From: Octopus sinensis | Lineage: Eukaryota | Direction of reading: 5' to 3' | DNA: 64,000 nucleotides | Assembly (NCBI RefSeq): GCF_006345805.1 | Contig: NC_042998.1 | Coordinates: 197,904,001-197,968,000, forward strand | Shown here: positions 23,739 to 37,334 of the stretch, piece by piece | Layout: each line of letters opens with the position of its first letter | Position numbering within the stretch: the stretch's first letter is position 1 | Made by a program: the position numbers and the translations under genes | Notes under the pieces: model-generated | Database searches by the model: none | What the model saw: the letters and a program-made list of their open reading frames with translations, nothing else | What the model was told of the DNA's origin: nothing

Positions 23739-24675
23739 TTTGGAGTTGGCAAACATTATTCTTTGACCTAACAAACAAGGATGACAACTCAAGGGTTATG
23801 CAAATGCCGTAACACAAACATCTTTTCAGTAATTCGCGCACTCCCCAGCAATTTTCTGTTATTTAAGAATTTGATCGTTGATACGTCAGCAATAGATGAC
23901 TAGCAATATTAAGAGCTGTCTGCCGTAACTATCGAAGAAAAAGAAAACATTTGTTATCAAATATTATTTTGTTTTACCACGGGTTTGATCTTATTTTGGC
24001 TTTTAAAGATAAAAAAACATTAAATATGCTTTCAGCCCTTTATAGTTAATATGAAAGTAGCTGGTGACATTTGGTTTTTGTTCAGCTCAAATGCACATCG
24101 TTTTTAACCTAAAGGGTTAGATTGCTAAAATGTCTCCTTTAAAGCTGTTTTTTATGGGAACATTATGATAGCTATCGGGAGAACATTTTATATTTGCTCG
24201 CCCTACACCGTTCTTCTAGGAGATCAAATATATTTTTATATTGTTAAAAGCTCCATGGGTGGTGAGTTAAAGCCTGATACAACAATATTAAGAGATGTAG
24301 GAGAGAACACTCTATCACTTAAAACGAGGGAGGATAACTGAAAAAAAAATCGATCTTATGTAATCACTTTTCGGAGAATGACATCTAAATATGAACTTGA
24401 AGAGCAGAAATTTGTTTTCTCCGTTGCTATACACTTCCACAAGAGTGAAGGTTGTTTTGATATTTTCAAACTAATGGTTGAAAATCTAGGTGTAATTTAC
24501 GGACCAAACATTACCATGATTCTGTATCAACTAGAAGCATATTGAACTTATATAGGACCAAAAGTTTACAAATAGTTTTTGCAGCAGTAGTTTGTATAAT
24601 AAAAAAAAATAATTAGTTTAGGGAAATAACTCAAATAAATTAAAAAGCATGGATTGGTTTATCTCAATCTATACC

Positions 24676-24814
24676 TATTTCTTTATTACCCACAAGGGGC
24701 TAAACACAGAGGGGACAAACAAGGACAGACATAGGTATTAAGTCGATTACATCGACCCCAGTGCGTAACTGGTACTTAATTTATCGACCCCGAAAGGATG
24801 AAAGGCAAAGTCGA
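24676..24814 (-). mobile_element. SINE family B, 5'-truncated
   Basis: 15-bp TSD atctcaatctatacc at 24661-24675 and 24815-24829. Confidence 0.92.
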
Positions 24815-25983
24815 ATCTCAATCTATACCACAGATATATTTGAGCTATTTCCCTTAGCTCAATTTTATTTTTCATCTTCTGTATGATATATGACACACTG
24901 AACTCTTGAATTTCTTTTGTGATATCAATGCTTTCTTGGAGATTTGAACTGCCGATATGTTTTAACCCTCGCCCCTCCCTCACTCACTCCCTTTCTGGCA
25001 AAATAATAGTTACCGCCTTATATAGTTATAAGGTCGGTTAATGAGAAATATGAAAGAATTGGGCAAGAAATATTTTCTGTTAGATCTTTCGGCTTCCCTC
25101 TTCATAACGTGGTTTGACATTGATATCTTAGAACTCGTAACTACACAGAACATTTATTTCTTTAATTTACCAAGTTTTCTTTTATATGCCACATTCATTA
25201 AGTCAACCTTAGTTACTTGTCTCTACATTAACTATGTTGACACTAAGTTAAACTATTTTTTGTTGTTGTTCCTTTTGCAGACGGTGCCATTGATATATTT
25301 ATTCTGTAAAGAATTCTACACTTCACTGATGAAGTCAGAATAATATTGAAACATGTTCGGAGTTATTTCTCGTGCGACGGAAAAATTGGAAATATTGCCA
25401 GTGACTAATGCTGTTGTTTTACTTCCTTCCTACTAAGCCCCTTACGTTAGATATCTTAACATTAAACTAACAATTGCTTTTCATGTAGACTGACTCTAAA
25501 TTATTATTATTATTATTTTCTATTTACTTCTGTGTCACCTTCTTACTCTCACATATAAAACAGCCAACACCGGAGGGCACCGAACTGAAAATATTGCACG
25601 TTCTGGAAGTCGGCTCTGCTGAAATTGATTTTTGTTCTCCCAATGCCAGTAAAATAGGTGTCATCCAGATAGAAAGGCCGATTACATCAATTACAGCCCT
25701 CCTTTAAACTATATCGTTTTGCACTAACGTGAGAAATCATTATTATTTATGGGTTTTATACTGCAGCACAGCTCTTGGGTGACTTCAGAGGAGACCAATC
25801 TATTCTAAATACCTGAGCAAAGTCTCTGATCGGCGAGTACTTTATCAGTGTCGGAAGGACTGATAAAAGTAACGAATAATGAGGTCCTTTTTCCTTTTGA
25901 CTCGGTCAAATGATCAAAGATTTTGAGCGTATACAAAAGCATTTCAGCCATGACCATCTCGACTTTTTATGATTTTTTTAGGA

Positions 25984-26093
25984 CTACATTCTCTTGTTTG
26001 TCCTTTCTTGATAAAGATTGGTGGACTGTAATTTGGCTGCAATTTCTGGTAGATCGAGCAAGCCGATAGAACCTCCTTCGTTAACTCCTACGC
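25984..26093 (-). CDS. Candidate terminal coding exon (G)VGVNEGGSIGLLDLPEIAAKLQSTNLYQERTNKRM*
   Basis: Acceptor tgtacAG at 26095-94; branch point ACTAAC at 26118-13; only phase 1 is open, matching the upstream exon. Confidence 0.55.
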
Positions 26094-26758
26094 CTGTACA
26101 TATAAACAATATGTTAGTTATGTATCAATCCGCTGTTGATGCATTTATATATATTACTAGCATTATGACCCGTCGTTACCAGGTCATAGTGCTAATGCAT
26201 GTATATATGTGTATATATATGTGTACATATTACATGTACATCTATATATATATATATATATACATCTACACATAAAATACAAAATAGAAAGTTATATCTT
26301 GATATCGCTAGTGATAACAATACTCAAAATATATAACAGACTGGAATTGTAGGCCAGTCCCTTGCAATTTCGATCAATTGTATCTTGTCCTCCCTCTTGT
26401 ATAGAAGTGTGGCTACAATCCAGCCCACCTCTACTTCTGGGGGGACATTTTAAATTTTTATCCGGGACGTCCTACGTCCCAGATATGAAGGTAAAAATAA
26501 AATATTTCCACTTTGCAAGGTTCGAGTCGAGTTCTACCTTGCACGCTCCGTTGACTCGAACCTTGCTTCTATTGTGGCGAATTTACCGCCTCTGGTTAGA
26601 TACTTGATATCTTTCATAGTCACACCAAGACACTTTTCGATGGTGTTTTCCTCCAGGTGTTCAAATCTTTTTTTCTCTACATTGTATACTTTATAGACAA
26701 TAGTCTTTTCTTTAATTTAATTTTTTTATTTCGTTTGGTGGTGTTATCCTAGACTCAC

Positions 26759-26873
26759 CGTCTTTGTCGGTGATCAATCCGAAATAGGTTTGTATTTCTT
26801 CCATTTTAATGAGTTCGCGCCCGCCGACAGCTGTAGCGAAATTCATTTTTGGACTTTCATCTATCGAAGGCAT
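26759..26873 (-). CDS. Candidate coding exon MPSIDESPKMNFATAVGGRELIKMEEIQTYFGLITDKD(G)
   Basis: Consensus donor G|GTGAGT at 26758; unique, higher-GC sequence; alternative acceptor gives exon start 26860. Confidence 0.6.
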
Positions 26874-27489
26874 TTAAACAAAAATACTTCCGTATAAACG
26901 GTGAAAATATTGTCAATTTCCCCAAACAGGGACACAATTCAATTTTTAAACAATAACCAAAGCTCCTTCTCCCAAAGGGGGAGGGTTACGGTTTACAATT
27001 ATTTAACAAATGCAACACAACAACGTTTCCCTTTCGAGGAACCAACAAACGTGATAACAATAGTTAAACAGTAATAATAATAACAACAAACCTTACGGTG
27101 AATCAAAAAGCTATACGCAGTTGAAGCTATAGTCCTTTATGTATAAGAAATAAACCAACAGCAGTACTCAGTAGAAGCGGCTGTTCGAGATAACAGATAT
27201 TACATACAGCCAAACTTCATATAGATACTTAATGCTAGCTAATTAGCAGATAATCTAATGTAAAAGCCGTGGTAAACGGTATATGCACACCTACATCTGG
27301 ACTATTCCATTTCTGCATGCTAATTTTATTTTTAATTTATTCCCATTCATGTGAAACCACTTATTCAAGTTCAAGTCATTGATGCAATCTTATACTAATT
27401 GCTATTTTTACTTTTGTTATGTTACGATTTAATTATTATATTATACTTTAGTTTGATTTTAATTATTACTTACTACATATAATTCAATT

Positions 27490-27928
27490 GTAATAATTAT
27501 CGCTAATTTTTATTGTTAAAGAGAAAGTATCTGACATAAAATAGAGAAATGTTTTTGTTTCCCTTTTAACACGTAATACTGAAATAGTGGAGAAGATATG
27601 ATATTGCTATGGGCTCGCCCTAGGCAAGAAGTTGAACTTTTTTTTGCTCATAAAACTACATGGACCCTAGGTAAGGCATGTGTAAAATTTGAATGAAATT
27701 GATTGTGTAGTTCTCAAGTTTTAGGGAATCAGAGTGGAGAAGATATGATATTGCTGTGGGCTCGCAGTAGGCAAAAAGTTAAAAAAATTTTTGCCGATGA
27801 AACTACATGGACCCTAAGTAAGGCATGTGTAAAATTTGAATGAAATCGGTTGTGTAGTTCTCAAGTTTTAGCGAAACACACAGACGGACGGACAGACACA
27901 CATTCTCAGTTTTATATATATAGAAGAT
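27490..27928 (+). mobile_element. HINE-like 3' portion with about 145-bp internal duplication
   Basis: agtggagaagatatgatattgct...ctcaagttttag twice; end cagacggacggacagac...ttttatatatatagaagat. Confidence 0.6.
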
Positions 27929-28155
27929 GTGTTCTAGTTAATGGCCAAGTCAGAAGAATCCCTTACATTTTCAATTGACTTCTACACCGTTATATTGCTA
28001 TATCAATCATAAAAGCATTTTCGAATGTTTTGTCACGGAAGGTGTCAGGTATGTTATGTCTGTTCTCTTTAAAATTCGATTGGATTTTCCATTTTATAAA
28101 ACAGACGGACATTAATAAAGATATAAAAGTACTGAAGAACTTGTAGTATCTGTTA

Positions 28156-28628
28156 ATGTTGTTATTATTTCTTTCTTTTTTTCTTTCTTTCTTTCGTGAC
28201 TTTGTTTTTTTCTTTCTGTCTTTCGAGTTTTCTTTCTTTCTTTCGTTTTTTCTTTCTGTCTTTCGTTTTTTCTTTCTTTCGTGTTTTTTCTTTCTTTCGT
28301 TTTTTTTCTTTCTTTCTTTCTTTCTTCCTTACTTTATGTCTTCTTTCTTCATTTTTCTGTCTTCTTTCTTTCTTTCTTTCTTTTTTCTTCTTTCTTTCTG
28401 TCTTTCTTCTTTCTTTCTTTCTTCTTTCTTTCTTTCTTTCTTTCTTTCTTTTTCTTCTTTCGTGATTTGTTTTTTTCTTTCTGTCTTCGAGTTTTCTTTC
28501 TTTCTTTCGTTTTTTCTTTCTGTCTTCGTTTTTTTCTTCTTTCGTGTTTTTCTCTTTCGTTTTTTCTTTCTTTCTTTCTCCTTCCTTTCCTTCTTTCTTT
28601 CTTTCTTTCTTTCTTCCTTTCATTTTTT

Positions 28629-28680
<52 letters not shown>

Positions 28681-28700
28681 TCGTGACTTTGTTTTTTTTT
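28156..28700. repeat. (CTTT)n low-complexity array with higher-order unit
   Basis: ttcgtga.tttgtttttttctttctgtc anchor recurs at about 28194, 28460 and 28680. Confidence 0.9.
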
Positions 28701-28789
28701 GTTCTGGTGTTAATACTCTCCGCGTTCTCTCTCTTCCTTTTCCTCCTCTACCTCCTCTTATTTCTCCATACACTCACCCACTAATTCCT

Positions 28790-28857
28790 CTTCTTCTTCT
28801 TCTTCTTCTTGCCTCTCCGTCTCCTCCTCCTTCCTTCCTCTCGCCGCCACCACCACC

Positions 28858-28925
<68 letters not shown>

Positions 28926-28950
28926 CACCACCACCACCACCACCACCACC

Positions 28951-28986
<36 letters not shown>

Positions 28987-29011
28987 GCTAACGAAACTAT
29001 CATCGTCGTCG

Positions 29012-29045
<34 letters not shown>
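28790..29045. repeat. Compound trinucleotide run (CTT, CCT, CAC, TAC, CAT)
   Basis: Direct reading. Confidence 0.95.
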
Positions 29046-29049
<4 letters not shown>

Positions 29050-29359
29050 TCCGCCTGTCTTGTCTCTTGCCTGATTACTCTGCTTCCTGTCAAGAGACTT
29101 ACTGACAGAATAACAAAATCTCTGGTCATCACGTTAAAGCAGCGTCTCAATGGAACTTACATGACATAAACTGAGAAACAACAACAACAGCAAACAACAA
29201 TAAAGAACCAATAACTACAACGTCAACAGAACAGAAGCAATAACAAGGGCGACAATGAATTCGTGGATACGATGGAGAAAGAAGCGAAGATGAACAACAG
29301 CAGCAATACCGAACCAATAATAGTAATAATAGTTTCAAATTTTGGTAAAAAAAAAAAAA

Positions 29360-29543
29360 GGGCCGGCAATTTTAGTCGATTTTATTGACCCCAATACTTG
29401 ACTGGTACTTTGTTTTATCGACCCCGAAGAGATGAAAGACAAAGTTGACTTTGGCAAGATTTGAACTCAGAACGTAGAGCCGCAAAAAACGCCGCTGGGC
29501 ATTTTGTCCCCCACGTTAACGGTTCTACTAGCTCACCACCCTA
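29360..29543 (-). mobile_element. Older diverged SINE B-like copy
   Basis: tttatcgaccccgaagagatgaaagacaaagttgac...atttgaactcagaacgt. Confidence 0.7.
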
Positions 29544-29643
29544 ACAGCAACAATAGCAATAATGTTTCCTAATATGATGCAATGCTACAACTGTCGGTGT
29601 AGGAACAGTGGATCAGATAGAATTCATTCTTCCCTGAATCTCA

Positions 29644-29799
29644 CTTTAGTCGAGGCAAATCGACCCGGGGACTTATTCTTTGTAAGCCCAGTACTTATCT
29701 ATCGGTCTCTATTGTCGAACCGCTCTAAGTGACGGGGTCATAAAACACAACAGCATCGGTTGTCAAGCAATGCTAGGGGGGACAAACACAGACACACAA

Positions 29800-29838
<39 letters not shown>

Positions 29839-29991
29839 CGACGGGCTTCTTTTAGTTTCCGTCTACCAAAGCCACTCACAAGGCATTGGTCGGCCGGGGC
29901 TATAGCAGAAAGAACTTGCCCAAGATGCCACGCAGTGGGACTGAACCCGGAACCATGTGGTTGGTTAGCAAGCTACTTACCACACAGCCAC
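29644..29991 (-). mobile_element. SINE family A lacking the tail
   Basis: Matches family A from head to the gtcga hairpin. Confidence 0.88.
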
Positions 29992-30054
29992 AATATGTTT
30001 GTATTGTGTAAATGTATGTGTGCGTATATGTGGTGTGTGTATAAATATATATAT

Positions 30055-30091
<37 letters not shown>

Positions 30092-30569
30092 TGCATGCGC
30101 ATTCACACAGACACACACGGCACACACACACACACACACACACACAGACATGCATAGCTATATTCTACACTATGTCCCATTGAATCTTCCTGAGGTGTAT
30201 ATCAAAGCTACAAGTATTCGTAGACTACCCAGCCACTTACACTATAATACAATGAACGTGTGATCGAACAACTGCGATCGCTTTTTTTCTTCGAAACCAG
30301 TACAAGATGCATTCAAGTGTAGCATAATCACTTACGCCTGTGGTGTGCGATTATAAATGCTTTAAAATCTGATTGGATAAGACTTATTGCTATTATTCTT
30401 ATTCATGTCTACATCTACTTCTTTTGTCACCTGGTGAAAGGATTTTTCTCATGATGTAAGTTTTATCGAGAATTACAATATTTTAAAGTATTTCTGCTGA
30501 GGGATAACAATGCATTTTCACCAATTTATCTCCTTGTTCCTGTATTACCCGTAATAATTGTAAGGAAGT

Positions 30570-30960
30570 GGAGGCGCAATGGCCCAGTGGTTAGGGCAGC
30601 GGACTCGCGGTCATAGGATCGCCGTTTCGATTCCCAGACGGGCGTTGTGAGTGTTATTGAGCGAAAACACCTAAAGCTCACGAGGCTCCGGCAGGGGAGG
30701 CTGGTGATCCCTGCTGTACTCTTTCACCACAACTTTCTCTCACTCTACTCCTGTTTCTGTTGTACTGTATTTCAAAGGGCCGGCCTTTGTCACTCCCTGT
30801 GCCACGCTGAATATCCCCCGAGAACTACGTTAAGGGTACACGTGTCTGTGGAGTGCTCAGCCACTCACACGTTAATTTCACGAGCAGGCTGTTCCGTTGA
30901 TTCGGATCAACCGGAACCCTCGTCGTCGTAACTGACGGAGTGCTTCCAATCCAAATCCAA
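30570..30960 (+). mobile_element. SINE family C, tail type 2
   Basis: tRNA-Arg-like head; 9-bp TSD ttgtaagga. Confidence 0.9.
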
Positions 30961-31108
30961 CTTGTAAGGATGGCTGATGTCTCTCTTTGTTAGTCTTTAT
31001 ATTTTGAAAATTGTCAATTCCTATACTGCCTAAAAACGTAGGTTATCAGTCATCGTAACTTGTTTTAATTCATTTATAAAAAAAAAAATGTTTTATACCA
31101 TTGTTCCT

Positions 31109-31507
31109 ATCTTTATATATAAAAGTGAGGTTGTGTGCTGTCTGTCTCCTACGATTTAGATTCCTAACTACTCCCACATTTTGCGGTGCAGTTTAACCAA
31201 AACCGGGTATCTTATAGTCGTGATTCATATCGAGCCCTTCTGGGTATTAGCGCGCGTCTACGATGAGTCTACGATTAAAAAAAAAAATTACCATCAATTT
31301 TTCCCATTTTTAATGCATTTTTGGCATATATAAGGGAAGTAACTCTCTAAAAATTTATTATTAAATCTCAGAACGTTAAAAAGCTACAGTAACCCCCCCC
31401 CTTTGTGGTTAGCCATATTGAGATGGCTATTATACTTTACATCTCTAAAAATGCTTATATAGTTATTTCCCTTACAAACCCGAGCAACGCCGGGCGATAC
31501 TGCTAGT
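31109..31507 (-). mobile_element. Helitron/HINE-like element containing a MITE-terminus-like segment
   Basis: Sister of 50714-51111; about 31370-31445 matches the TIR of 35969-36317. Confidence 0.75.
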
Positions 31508-31845
31508 TTTCAATAAATGCAAAGATATGTTCTACAGAATCATAAATCCTTCTTTTATTTAAAGATTTTTCTTGTGTTTGAACTGCGTTTTACCATTTTT
31601 AGACTGTTTCGAATATGGTTGTATATTCTCGTAATTAACCGCCTGCTATTATTAATGCTTAGACATGAAAACAACAGCCACATCTCCCTTAAATTGCACG
31701 CCATCTTAAATAAGGAAGAGTGCATCAGATAAAGTAATATTAGTTGCACTACCTGAAAAAAAAAAGATGGAATGATCATGACTAGACCGCTTTTGTATCA
31801 TATTTCTACTGGAGTGATACTAACCTGGAGCTAAATACATAAATA

Positions 31846-32410
31846 TTGGGTTGTCCGGAAAGTTCATGCTGATTTTTAAAGGAAAGAAAAAAGTCAATAA
31901 ATACTTGCCATTACATTTTTAATCAACCAAATATGAACCACTTTGTTGCACAATGCGTCTCCATCTTTCCTTTAACTTGAAAATACCCTCTTCCCAGAAT
32001 TGAGGTGGTTTCATGGCAAAGAATTCATCAAGGTATCTTTTTACGTCATCCGAGGAATTGAAATTTTTACCATTAAGACTATTCTGCAGAGACCTGAATA
32101 AATGGAAATCCGAAGGAGCAATATCTGGAGAATATGGAGGGTGGGTAACACATCTCAGCTGAGCTGCAGCAATTTTTGTCGGGTTCCCAAAGCATCAAGT
32201 GCCGAAAATGAAATTTCTTATCTTCCATTTTAAAGGGTTACAGAATTAACACAGGTAATAGTAACATAAACCTTCTTCCACGAAAAGATAGCTTAAACTG
32301 TGCTCTAAATGGAGGTGTAGTCAAATTCCATTTCACGGACTCAACCGTGTTTTAAAATAAATCGAAAGGTAAGCTATTATAAATCGGCACGAACTTGCCG
32401 GACAACCCAA
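31846..32410 (-). mobile_element. Mariner internal-deletion derivative (565 bp)
   Basis: TIR ttgggttgtccggaaagttc, TA TSD, HPPYSPDIAPSD motif. Confidence 0.92.
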
Positions 32411-32442
32411 TACAATAACTATCTTAGTCCGAACGTAACAAC

Positions 32443-32855
32443 TCTCTTTTCTCTTTTTTACTCTTTTACTTGTTTCAGTCATTTGACTGCGGCCATGCTG
32501 GAGCACCGCCTTTAGTCGAGCAAATCGACCCCGGGACTTATTCTTTGTAAGCCCAGTACTTATTCTATCGGTCTCTTTTGCCGAACCGCTAAGTGACGGG
32601 GACGTAAACACACCAGCATCGGTTGTCAAGCAATGCTAGGGGGACAAACACTCACACATACACATATATACATATATATATACATATATACGACAGGCTT
32701 CTTTCAGTTTCCGTCTACCAAATCCACTCACAAGGCATTGGTCGGCCCGGGGCTATAGCAGAAGACACTTGCCCAAGATGCCACGCAGTGGGACTGAACC
32801 CGGAACCTTGTGGTTGGTTAGCAAGCTACTTACCACACAGCCACTCCTGCGCCTA
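32443..32855 (-). mobile_element. SINE family A
   Basis: Full-length match. Confidence 0.92.
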
Positions 32856-33227
32856 TTGAATATCTGTTCGAAATTTTTATGAAATAATCGAGGCAATCGA
32901 TTTTCTCAACGCAGTCCCTTTACAATATTTCTAGAGTAGTGACGGCCTAAGAGACAATATTAGGTGTGTACTGCTTCGCTAATTAGTTCTTTAGTTTCAA
33001 TGTTTAAACGAAGATTGATTTATTTGCCAGTCAGGTTCAACTCTTAATGGCTACTTTCCATCAAAGATCTTATTTTATTATCCACTTTTTATTGTCCCCT
33101 GGGGTTCCCTCTTATTTTTCTTTTTGTTATTATTATTTTTTTCACCTCTTAATTGGTATAGAGTTTGTGATGGCCAAATTTCATGTAAGTGCCTCAAGTG
33201 AATTAGAGTACTTTGTTATATCATCAT

Positions 33228-34010
<783 letters not shown>

Positions 34011-34183
34011 TCAGTATCACTTAAATTTCTGCTTTTGTTGCACATTAATAGTTACAGTAAACAGTGTGGTATCTAACAGCTGGTCGTATCAGGCACCAAC
34101 CAGTTAATGTAAAAATCAAACGTCATTTCCTTCTTATTCTTCCTATGATTAATATGGCTTGTTGTTTTTATTTATATATATAT

Positions 34184-34552
34184 ACTAGCAGTATCGCCCG
34201 GCGTTGCTCGGGTTTGTTTCGATACTTTAGAATTGGAATTTTTGAAAAGTAAAAAATTTGCATTATGTAGCTTGTTCTTCTCTTTACTGGTTGAAATACA
34301 CCGAAAAATGGCAACACAGCAGTCAAAATATCGTAAAAAATAGGGATCTTCATACAAAAAAGCACCTTATTGATGTAAATAATTTTTGGTGTTAACATTG
34401 AATTTTTTCTTGTACAGAAGGAAGAGCAAGCCTTCTTCTATCATACTCTCAATTTTGGTCAACTTGCACCGCAGGGTCTCGGAGGAGATAATATTAGTTG
34501 AAGGCTACCAAACCTGCCATACACAGACAACTTCAGCTTTATATATATAGAT
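34184..34552 (+). mobile_element. Helitron/HINE-like element
   Basis: Same 5' and 3' ends as 15431-15821. Confidence 0.7.
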
Positions 34553-34684
34553 ATATATTCTCTTTACTCTTTTACTTATTTCAGTCATTTGACTGTGGCC
34601 ATGCCGGAGCACCGCCTTTAGGAATTTTAGCAAAAAAGATCAAAAGGGGATTTATTAATACAAAACTCAATATGCACTAAATAA

Positions 34685-34836
34685 TCATACTTTTTCACAT
34701 TCTTTTCGCCAAAGATCTTCCAGTTTACCTCCTTCGTAATCCCGAAAAACAACGTGATCATTGGTCCAGCCGTTTGACCGTGAAGAGGGCACAGACAGAC
34801 AGGCGGACAGACAGACAGGCGACAGACAGACAGGCG

Positions 34837-34872
<36 letters not shown>

Positions 34873-34893
34873 TAACGCCCATTATAGTAAGAT
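34685..34893 (+). mobile_element. HINE-like 3' fragment with (CAGA)n
   Basis: cagacagac array then cataacgcccattatagtaagat end. Confidence 0.45.
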
Positions 34894-35310
34894 GTAGAGA
34901 GATATTATAGAACAACATCAGTCGGAAAAACAAAATTTTTTTTACACTCGACTACAATTAGATTAAAATACATTAAAGTTTTTGTTCTGATATAAATAGC
35001 CAATCGCAGAGGAAAGCGACTGATGACAATTCGAAGTAGAGAACATTTATTTACACTAATAACATACTCGGTAGCCTACAGAATTTATCTAAAGAAATGA
35101 TTTTGGGTCATAAAATTTTGCTGTAATTGCTACGTTTTGTCATAATAGTTTGCTTACTAAACAATAGCTTACAATGTGAAGAAGCTGTTTTAGTAGTTTT
35201 GAATTCATGAATAATATTGTGGAATACATCACAGCTATTCCAGACGTTGTATAGAGAAAAATGTTGTTACAATTACAACTCTATAAAAATATGGGTTGTA
35301 AGTGGTAGAA

Positions 35311-35690
35311 GTGGAGGCGCAATGGCCCAGTGGTTAGGGCAGCGGACTCGCGGTCGTAGGATCACCGTTTCGATTCCCAGGCCGGCCGTTGTGAGTGTTT
35401 ATTGAGCGAAAACCCTAAAGCTCCACGAGGCTCCGGCAGGGGATGGTGGTGATCCCTGTGTTACTCTTTCACAACAACTTTCTCTCACTCTTACTTCCTG
35501 TTTTGTGTACCTCTATTCCAAAGGGCCGACCTTGTCACTCTCTGTGTCACGCTGAATATCCCCGAGAACTACGTTAAGGGTACACGTGTCTGTGGATTGC
35601 TCGCCACTTACACGTTAATTTCACGAGCAGGCTGTTCCGTTGATTCGGATCAACCGGAACCCTCGTCGTCGTAACCGACGGAGTGCTTCC
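35311..35690 (+). mobile_element. SINE family C, tail type 2
   Basis: 11-bp TSD aagtggtagaa at 35300-35310 and 35691-35701. Confidence 0.92.
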
Positions 35691-35968
35691 AAGTGGTAGA
35701 ATAAGTCAACAGTTGGTTTCAATAACGACGTTTTTCATGGTTAAAACAGAGAATGAAGGCTAAGGCAGTGCCCATTAGCCCCTTTCTATGCCCTTTGAGA
35801 TTAATTGGAAGTGAGGTAGTTCTCGGTCCAGCGATCTAGTCCGAATACATGAAACAAACTGACCTCCGCTTGAGGCACCCAAGAACTAAATGGTGCTTTT
35901 TGTTTTATATACAACTGATTAAGAACAATAATAAATCTCCGAACGAGATGTAAACAGTAAGCGCTCGA

Positions 35969-36317
35969 CAACGTAAAGTATACTAGCCATCTCAATATGG
36001 CTAACCACTCGGGGTGGGTGTTACTGTATCTTTTTAGCCCCAGGAGATCATCGTCTCAAGTTGGCTTTAGACAGGTCTCTCCTCATCGAAAACCGGTGAT
36101 TACCGTGTGTTGACAAGAGACAATAATCTCGAAACTGCAGTCCATGCGTATCACTTAGGTTTACGAGAGGGGATGACCTCCCTTTGCAAATATCATAAGG
36201 GCACAGAAATTGTGTCTAAAGCCAGCTGGAGACGATGATCTCCTGGGGCTAAAAAGCTACAGTAACACCCACCCCTAGTGGTTAGCCATATTGAGATGGC
36301 TAGTATACTTTACGTTG
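35969..36317. mobile_element. MITE with 105-bp TIRs
   Basis: 35969-36073 vs 36213-36317 with a few mismatches; no clear TSD. Confidence 0.75.
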
Positions 36318-36952
36318 ATTAAGAACAGTAATCATCCTTCTAGCAGGCTTCTACGCATTTTCGTATCCCAAATTTTACTCGGGGCTATAATAGAAGACAG
36401 TCACCCAGTGAAGCTGTGCAGGTGTAATTGAATCTGAAACCGCATATTTGCAAAGCGAACTTATCAACTAACCTCTCCACGACTGCATCTATTTCTCTTT
36501 CACTTCTTATACATTTAAGAAAGTCGTAAGCTTTTCGTTTGCTTTTCCTACGCAAATAAGAGTTCTTGACTTTACGTGAGAATCAATAAAGGCGATAATC
36601 GAGAGGAAATTTTAAGCTTCTCAATTCCAGCGAATCGAATTACTAATCCGGTCGTGATTCTTGATCATAGCTTTTCTGGATTAGAAATAACTATGAAGAT
36701 AAACAGACTAAATGAAGAGTTGAGTCAATTAATCCCCAAGTGGTTGATTATATATCAACATTGATGATCGATAATTGTCTGCTTAAATATTCAGACCTTT
36801 TAATTACAGATTTTAATTCTTTTAATTACACAAAATGTGGAAGCGCGTGGCTTAATGATGGTCATTGCACTCATGGTCATAATCTTGTTATTCCTTGATC
36901 AGGCGATGCATTGCGTTCTTGAGAAAAACACTTCATTTCACGCCGCTGCTGT

Positions 36953-37334
36953 GATGTTGCAGTTGAGTGAACGGTCTTCGTCCCCAGAGCTCGCAAGATG
37001 AGAGAAGTCCGAAACGTGGTCCTTTGCTATTCGTAAAACACGCAGAAGATAAAGCAGGTCAACGCCCGACACCGAGAGCATCGACGGATGGATGAATGCG
37101 CATCCAGGCTCAGCGGTTGCGTAGGAAGAAGTCGGGGACAAGAAGCAGGAAGAAAGAGTGAGAGTAAGTTGGGGCGAAAGAGTACAACAGGAGATCGCCA
37201 CCACCCCCTGCCGGAGCCTCGTGGAGCTTTAGGTGTTTTCGCTCAATAAACACATACAACGCCCGGTCTGGAAATCGAAACCGCGATCCTCCGACCGCGA
37301 GTCCACTGCCCTAACCACTGGGCCATTGCGTCTC
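36953..37334 (-). mobile_element. SINE family C, tail type 3
   Basis: 14-bp TSD cacgccgctgctgt at 36939-36952 and 37335-37348. Confidence 0.9.

Noticed and set aside
25537-25650. Plus-strand exon-like PTPEGTELKILHVLEVGSAEIDFCSPNA
   Set aside because: Weak donor, no partner exon, and it falls in the likely 3' region of the minus-strand candidate
28156-29150. Phe/Ser-, Lys/Arg- and homopolymer-rich ORFs
   Set aside because: (CTTT)n and trinucleotide runs, no coding signal
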